Positions 56,001 through 64,000 of a stretch of 64,000 bases of DNA are shown here, one piece after another. Under the pieces are notes generated by a model. It saw only the letters and a list, made by a program, of their open reading frames with translations. It did no database searches and had not been told where the DNA came from. The DNA comes from Paramecium tetraurelia. Lineage: Eukaryota. The position numbers and the translations under genes were made by a program. The stretch's first letter is position 1. Each line of letters opens with the position of its first letter. The DNA is taken from NCBI GenBank assembly GCA_000165425.1, contig CT868018.1, positions 75,204 to 139,203 of the forward strand, given 5' to 3'.

Positions 56001-57560
56001 GTGAGTTTTTCTGAAAAAGTCAAACTAAATAGCACTTCAATTACTCCTGATGACTTTCTAAGTTAAATCCAAATTCTTATCACAAACAAAGACTCTGTTG
56101 ATTTTTCTTTTAATATAGTACCCATTAAACCAATCTCCTATGAATTAGATGATGCCTCCTATAGAATTACACTAACTATTAAAGAATAGATTTTGAAGCC
56201 AAATCTAAGAGTTATAATAAAATCAATATATCTAGTAAATCAATTTGATAATACGTTATTTATAGAACAAGATGATATAATATTGAATGACTCATTTGTA
56301 GTATCTGAAGACTCAAAATCTGTAGCAGCTAATGCAGCTTTTTTGAGCTAACTTATTATTTACTCAGTTTTAGCATTGGCAATAGTTTCCTTTCTTAGTG
56401 GAAACTTAGAAATATTATTCAATTTAATCGATGTTTTATAATAATTATCATACATTAGATACATAAATATTAACTTTCCATACCATTTAGATTTATATTT
56501 TGATGTATTCAACTTTGTTACATTGCAACCTCTGCTTGAATATGTTTAATTTAATTCTTTTGTTGAGGGTTCCTTAAATTTGGAAACTCCAGAAATATTT
56601 CCTTCAGGCAAATTCAATTTGTTTGGAGTGAATGCATATTTTGGAGTTAATTTTTAAAGTTTCTTAATTTGCATGACTGTGGGTTTTGCTAATTACTTCC
56701 TTTCCATAATTATAACTTATATTTTAAAAAAACCAACTGTGGGTTGGGGTGATACTCCAAGCAAAATTTCGAGATACTTTTATCTTCTAATCATGAAGGC
56801 CTATCAGTTACTATTTACTACTGCCTTTTCTTACATGCAATACTTTTTCTTTTCAGGAATAATTAGAATTTTCTTATCAAACTATTATGATTTAACATTT
56901 TCAGCATTGCTGTAAGTTATGAATTTCAACACCTAATCAACTTTACTAAAGTGGAGTTCCCTTTTAGCAGCTGTAACCTTGTTGATAAATGCCTCTTTGA
57001 TCTTGATATTTTATGCCTCATTGTCAAAGAAAAATGTATTCTAGAAGAGTCTATATGTATTAGTTGATGGATTAAATATTGGAAGGAATAAATGGAACAA
57101 ACAATTTAACACAGTAACTTTAGTAAAAAAATTGTGTTTTATTTACACACTAGTCTTACTTCAAGATAGTCCAATATTTTAGACTTTATTGATTTCCTTC
57201 ATTTCTTCAATTTTTGCTATTTATGTTTTACTATTATAACCTTTCGAGCATCAATTTGAAAACTATAAAATTATTGTGACTGAATTTTGTGTCAGTTTCA
57301 ATACTTGTTCATTTTTAGTTTATTGCTCCAAAGAAATATTCTATAATAGTGAAATGTCAGACATGCTTGGATGGTTAAATATTTTTATCTTTAGTTTTAT
57401 CTTAACATTTAGTTTAGCATTGGATTCCTATTCTTAGATTTTATAGCTAAAAAGAATATTTGACAAGATGTTATAACCTAAAGTCAAAAGTAGTAACTAA
57501 ATTAAAATTTAGTCAACAAAATTGTTCACTGTTGTGGGAGATAACGAAGTAAATTTTTGA
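50070..57560 (+). CDS. 2496-aa Cys-rich surface protein: surface-antigen-type repeats, three CGDG..ECDDGN..DGC repeats, multipass TM C-terminus
   Basis: ATG 50070 and TGA 57558 are in the same frame; signal peptide; periodic Cys with CxW motifs; many hydrophobic helices at about 56340-57430. Confidence 0.9.
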
Positions 57561-57590
57561 ATATTAAAAATTTAACGTAAATTAAAATTA

Positions 57591-58769
57591 TCAATTTATC
57601 TATTAAAAAATCTTTTATGCTCTTATCTTAAGACTTGATTTCATTAATTCTAACTAGGGCTTCAATTTTTCTGATTCGTATTTCTAAGATTATTTTATTA
57701 AGTCCAAATAAGCCTGAAATTCGGTTTAAAAATTTCTATTGTTTTTAAGCAACGAAAGTTAAGGTTTAAGCCTTGAGAGATTTTCTATTGCAAATTCTAA
57801 TTTTAGTTTGATTTCTATGTCCTTCAACATATTTGAGATCATCTCAGTACAATCATGATCATAGTCGGTTCTACTTGCCAACTCCATTTTAGCTATTTGA
57901 GTATATAGTAATTTAAATTCTTCCCTAGATTTCTGCTTCCTTTTTTCTGCAGATGTTTACTACTGTAATGCTAATAATTTACATCTAACAGAGTCATATC
58001 CTTATCTAAGCACTGAGGTCCAATTTCGTTTAATTTATCATTGTATTCTTTGAATTAGAGTAAAAGCTCTTATTAGCTTTGCAACCTTTTAACTTAATCT
58101 TTTGCTTTGTCAATGTATTACTGTACATTCTTCTCATTATAATTAGTGAATAGAAATAATTGCTTTTGAATTATTAGATCCTCAGCATTTTAACTATTTT
58201 GATTAATAATATTTTTAATTACATTTGTTTGACTTCTACATGCTTTTTTTAAGCTTCTTCTCCAGCCATTCTATTAAGTTCTTTTAAGAACGCTGCAAAT
58301 AATATGAATCATTTAGTTACATGTCTACTCTAATTTTTCATCTGTATTAAGAGGTTCAAAAATTCTTGGTTTCTTCCTGGCACTTGTATTGGTTTATTCC
58401 ACAATAGAATTTCCAACAGCTGTAGGCTTCTGGTCAATTGTTTTTTGAACTTTGACATTTTAATTAACTTGAGGTTGAGCCTTCTAGACATTTTGAGTAG
58501 GCTATTACACTTATTTATTGAAAGATTAATCAGGTAACTTTACTTCCTTGAAGTTATCAACATTTTCTATTTTAAAGTTGATTGTTTTTTTTTCTAGTGA
58601 TTGTACTGAATTTTCAATGATAGTGCCTGTTTTTTTTGCTACAACAGCAGGTTATTCACTAATTAAGGAGGACTTGTTTTAAAAGGTCATGTCTTATTCT
58701 GATTCTGAGAGTGAGTTCATAGGATTATAAAAGTATCGATCATCAATAGAAGAATCTGGAGAATACATA
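57591..58769 (-). CDS. Hypothetical protein with coiled-coil C-terminal half
   Basis: MYSPDSSIDDRYFYNPMNSLSESE start; short introns near 58300 and 58200; TGA at 57591-57593. Confidence 0.65.
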
Positions 58770-58829
58770 ATAAATATTTATGTAAATAATTACAAATAAT
58801 AGTTAATGTACAGAATATATATAAACTAA

Positions 58830-59500
58830 TAAATCTCTTGCGGGGCAAGATATCGTTTCTCTACTCAAAGTAACTTTGCAATTCTTTCTTTCCATATTTC
58901 TATATTTTTGGAATTTTATTAGTTTTTTCATCAATTGGAGGAAATCTTTGTGCTTCCTCTCCGTCTTCAAACAGAATCACAGTCGGCAATTACCTAGACA
59001 TTTCACTTGTATTGATCCTATAACATTCAGCCAATCTTGGTATTTTAGCTAAGTTAATTGAAATAAACTTCAATCCTTTTGTTGTATGATATAAAATATA
59101 TTATTATTTGATTATGTATTTACATGAAAAATTAGCCCAAATTTTCCTTAGTCTTTTAATGAATATAAATAAAATAGTACATAATTACAAGTATCTGCCC
59201 AATCTACATAAAACTCAGCGAAAACCATTTCAGTCATTTTGTAATTTTATATTTTCTTATTGTTTTTTTCCTTCCCTCTTTATTTCTTAGTAAATCTCTC
59301 ATTCAATTCTTCAATTATATCTCCATCTTCATTATCCCTAAATTTGACTCCAACCAATTCTTCAAATTCCTAGATCTCTTCGATATCTTAGATTTTTGTC
59401 TTGCCATTAAATTTAGGTTCACTACACAAAACAAATATCGCCAAACAAGCACCTCTATATAATAAACTAATCTTAGCGTCCATAAATAAATTTAATATAA
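58830..59500 (-). pseudogene. TMX2-like thioredoxin-related transmembrane protein, probably pseudogenised
   Basis: AIFVLCSEPKFNG, VFAEFYVDWADTCNY, INLAKYPRLAECYRINTSEMSRQLPTVILFEDGEEAQRFP; apparent frameshifts near 59140 and 58865; no clear start. Confidence 0.6.
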
Positions 59501-59739
59501 CAATTCTTTATTTAATATTATACTTATCATATCAAATTAAGTGTTTGATCAATTGAATCTAATTTAATTAATTACTGAGCGATTATTATACATCTAAAAC
59601 AAAACTTCATATCAATAATTTTTATCTTTTAGCTTAAGGGAGTAATTATTTAGATTCATGATCAAAAAAATCATAATTATAAAGAAGAAAAAATTCAAAT
59701 AATCTTTCCCATTACCTCATCATAAGTGTAAGGGAAAAA

Positions 59740-61210
59740 TCTTAGTAATCGTTCAGACTCTGCTATAGCCATCCATGATAATTAGTAATTATTTTATCTG
59801 GCTTAGTTTGTATTTGTATGGGGGATATCAGTAAGCTGAAGGCATTTTGTAAGACTTTTATAAACTCAATATAAATAATGATACCTATGTTAGGCAAATA
59901 TATATCATAAAATGCGAATATGAGCCTGGTCCTCGCTGTCGCCATTCACTTTATGCTTTCAAGGGTTGTCTTTATTCGGAGGATAAATATAATAATTAGA
60001 ATCACAATCACGCTATAGCTGATTCTATATCCAAAATGAAATATTTGTTCATGATATCTTTCAAACATTTTTGAAAAAACTTGAGATAAACGACTATTTT
60101 TTCATAACCATTAGATAGCTATAGTTTTATTGTTTATAATGATAAATTTTTTATATTTGGAGACTTTTACAATTCTGATATTTGCAAGCATTTTAGTGAT
60201 TTATATTCATTTAATTTCAATCTAAATAATTAGATTAAATTGAATAGATCCAAAGGAAGGCAATCGTCTCCGAGAGATGTTAGTTCTATAGCTATTTATA
60301 ATTAAATTCTATATTTGTTTGGAGGAAAGAATGGTGATTAAAGATTCAATGATTTATGACAATTTGATTTTTAATTTAAGAATGGAAGTTCATCCCCATT
60401 TTGGTTTGAGTGATATTCCCTCGAATGGATCTGGGCATTCACTTGTAGCATATGAAAGTTAACTAGTACTTTTTGGAGGAATACATGATATAACTTGGAA
60501 ATTGGATGACTTACTAGCTTTTAATATAAATAAGAATGGAAACCAATTAATTAAGATACTTCTCAAAGAAAGGAAATTGAAGTTCCTTCTCCTACTAAAT
60601 CTATTCAATGTCAGTAGAGTAAAAGAATTTCTTTCAAGTTAACACCAATAATCAGACCTATTAGTTTAAGAAAGCTTCATGTTAAACACCTAAAAAAGTA
60701 AGATCCTAAACTCAATCTTAACAAATATTATTTTCCTAAGAATTAGAATATAGTAATGAATGAGGCTAATAAAAACAAGATTCTTCCATTATTTCTTCAA
60801 TAAATTATGTTCAAGAAAGAAAGAATCACAAAGCCTTAAGAAAAAGTCTGCGATGATAAAACTGTACGATGTTGAAACCAATTAATGAGGTTCATTTTAA
60901 GATGATTGCAATATTACAGAAAATTAAAAAAAAACTTCAATACTTTTAATTGTAAAACCAAAATAGGATTTATACTAACAAAAGGAACATTCACTGAATT
61001 TGGAAAATAAATAATATCCAAATATTATTTGTTTTTAATTCTAGATTTATAATTCCTCTTGTAATGGTAAAATTTAATCAACGGGTAAAAACCATGTGCT
61101 CGTGATGGATATGTAATTGTAGTGTTTGAAAATCAAATGGTTCTATTTGGAGACGATAGACACACCATGACTTTTAATGATCTCTATATTTTAAAATAGA
61201 TATATGAATT
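59740..61210 (+). pseudogene. Kelch-repeat protein pseudogene
   Basis: LYVYGG, PGPRCRHS, LYLFGGKNGDQRFNDL-TGA (60357-60359), SGHSLVAYESQLVLFGG, KPCARDG..FGDDRH; stop codon and frameshifts. Confidence 0.8.
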
Positions 61211-61430
61211 GTTATTGATCTTACTATAATTTTAGTATCAATAATTTATATATTATAAATCAGGCAAAATATAAATAAGATATTAAGTATTACATTTGGT
61301 TATCCTACAATTTCATAGATGACCTGAAGAATTAATCCAAATTATTGAAATATTTTGGAGTTACATAACTTAGATGAAGGTTTCTTTGCTTTGTTGATTC
61401 AATATTAAATTTACATTTTAATTATAAATT

Positions 61431-62455
61431 ATGCAAGAAGTTATTGATTATGATGGCCTTTCATAAAACTTAAATTAATGTCCAATTTGTTAAGAACAAA
61501 AGGAAGATAATTCTGAATTAAAGTGTAAGCATGTATTTTGCAGGTTTATTTGTTAATAACATTAGAAAATGTTTAGAATAGTATTTAAATGTAAAAATAG
61601 ATGAAGGAATAGTAATGCAGATTAAATGTCCTTCCTGTCTGTATGAGCTCTCATATGATGAAGTTGTTTCAAATATTGAGAAAATCAAACTAGACAAATA
61701 TGCAAAATTAAGAACACTGTAATATGGTGAGAGTGATCCCACATTAAGACACTGTCCTAATAAATAATGTGAGTTATATGTTCTTCTGGATTCCAAAAGA
61801 TGCTAGTGTGGATAAGAAATTTGTGTTGATTGTGGGAATTAATACCATGGACTGAGCAGTTGTGATGAATTGATGGACTCAATATTTGTATTAGACAGTA
61901 GACAAGAAAAAATATAAAGGTGTCCAAAATGCAAAATCGTAGTTCAAAAAGAAGGCGGATGCAATCATATGACATGTAAGAGGTGTGAATATTAATTCTG
62001 TTGGATTTGCAGGAGAAAATACACATGTATTTTGTTTAAGAAAATAATGTAGAATAACATTATAATAATTACAACTATTTTTTCGGATGTCCAAATAAAC
62101 AATACTCAGATGATAGGCCATGGAAGTACCCAACATTAAATAAAATTCTGCCTTTCCTGTTGTTAATCTTACTATCACCTATTTGGATTTTTTTAGGAGT
62201 TATACTACTTGTAGGACATCCTTTCTCCGGAGCCTATTTTATATTTAATCGATGGGACAATGATGCAGTTGGTAGGTACAAATATTTATCAACTTTAGAT
62301 TGAGACCCGTCCAATTTGTAATGGTCATTTTTTTTGTTTATTTTATTGGAGGAATAGTCCTATACCCTTTTGTAGTGTTGTACGAATGCATAAAGATTCT
62401 CTATATCTTAGTGTCCTTACTAGTCAGTCTAATAAAGAGGTTTAGAAAATTTTGA
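61431..62455 (+). CDS. RBR (RING-IBR-RING) E3 ubiquitin ligase with C-terminal TM segments
   Basis: CPIC..[74 protein letters not shown]; three introns. Confidence 0.9.
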
Positions 62456-63276
62456 TTAATTTATTTATTCTAATGTTTCAAAAACAATTTGATTATCTTG
62501 ATATTGTTTGAACAAGTGGATGATAACATTTATTAACACTTAAATGTTATTTGATTAACTATGACTTTTAAAGTTATCAAAGGTTCTATACGAGAATTAA
62601 AACGCCTCTGTATCTTTTTCATTTTTTTAGTTTTTATTTTAGAGTTGTATTAGATTTAATAAAAATTATAAATAGTTGAAGTAGCAAGATTAGATCTGGT
62701 TAAAAAAATGCTAGAAAGACTGTCAAAAATTTAATCAGATATTTCATTTTTTAATTACTTCATTAGATACTTTCTAGGAATGTAAAATAAGATTAAAGGG
62801 ATTATCTTGATAATTTATGGTTAAGATATTTCTATGCTCATAATTTCATATCCAATCTAAATCCCAATTAATATTAGGCTAGTTAAATCGCATCTTCCTA
62901 ATGAAATTGAAATTTGACAACTTCATATTTTATTTTGCCTTCATAAATAGAAGAAACAGAAATCTATATCTGTAATACTAGCCCATAGTTTTAATATGAT
63001 TTAATGAATAGTATTTTATTTTTAAGGCAAGAATCAATGATAAGTTTTATAACACATATTTTGAATTTATCATTGAGATTAAATTACAAAATATTAATTC
63101 ATTAAATATTTTTTATTTGTATTTTTGTCAACAAAATTCCTATTTTTTGGGATAGATAATAAACTAAGGTTATAATGAGGATTTCACCTATTTTTATGAT
63201 CTTTATTAATTAATAAATGCTTTAATTTAGAGGATTCCTGATATTTGATTTAAAGAGGTCAATATTCTTCTTTGAA

Positions 63277-64000
63277 ATGAGAAGAGACATTGAACTCGAC
63301 CCAAAATGGTTTGCATTTCAGAAGGATGTTAGAAAAAAATTTAATGAATAAGATGTTTTAGAAGATAAAGTTCTGGAAATGAGCAATATTTATGGAAAAA
63401 TAAGAGGAAAATTTGATGATTTTCAAAGTAATTAAAATTCAGTATAATAGAAAGGTTTCTGATTCTAATAGCCTAAAATTCGGTTGAGGATATTTATTTA
63501 GCTGAATTATTAAATGAGATTTTCTCCATTTTGATAGTCTAAGAGCATTATATTAAAGTATGTCATTCCTAATATACAGTTCTTCAAAGAGGAGTTAGAA
63601 GCTTTGGCTTTTTTTGAGGTTGAGAAAATAATTCAAAACAAAGAATATTATTTAATCTAAAACTTTCATTCAATGCATATTCCTAATCTATTCTCATAAA
63701 TTTCCGATAATCAGAAACTATTATTTTCTAATGATGTAGAATTACAAATGGAAGTATCATAATAATAAGGCTAATGTACAAAAGAACAGATAATTTTCAA
63801 AGGATTTACAATTTTTGATACATAAAGATAATGCTTTTATATGTTAATTAAGAGAGGATTTGAAAATGACGAATTATGGAAGATGTAAAGAACACAAATT
63901 TCACAATATTTACTCAAAAGGTCAAAAGATCCATTGTAACATTTTTTTCTTAATTATGAAATGGGTTAATTCCTGTTTGAATATGATAATTAGGCAAGTA
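63277..64000 (+). CDS. Hypothetical protein, runs off the window
   Basis: MRRDIELDPKWFAFQKDVRKKF start; code-6 frame open to the end of the window. Confidence 0.65.

Noticed and set aside
60357..60359. TGA at a Kelch Trp position as Trp or Sec recoding
   Set aside because: The same gene has frameshifts and other lost conserved residues, and intact genes in the window use TGG for Trp and TGA as stop.

Overview
Very AT-rich, gene-dense eukaryotic DNA that reads as a ciliate macronuclear chromosome segment, most likely Paramecium. TAA/TAG encode Gln, TGA is the only stop, and genes carry tiny (about 21-32 nt) GT..AG introns, so the supplied standard-code ORF track shows only fragments and antisense shadows. 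Re-read by hand in code 6, the window holds about 30 genes: WD40, Myb-like, Kv channel, double macrodomain, OSBP, spastin-like AAA ATPase, two tandem kinases, MDR oxidoreductase, EGF-TM-RING, Rubicon-homology, MEF2-type MADS-box, EMC1, UBX, a 2496-aa Cys-rich multipass surface protein, an RBR ligase and several hypothetical proteins. There are also several decaying pseudogenes. The most unusual region is 34.4-43.3 kb, where one uncharacterised gene occurs in three copies (one inverted, two tandem). Two copies share about 900 bp of apparently identical sequence that differs only by a 27-bp TA-bounded segment resembling an IES retained in one copy and excised in the other. All calls come from manual translation and motif recognition; no searches were run and some gene ends are approximate.
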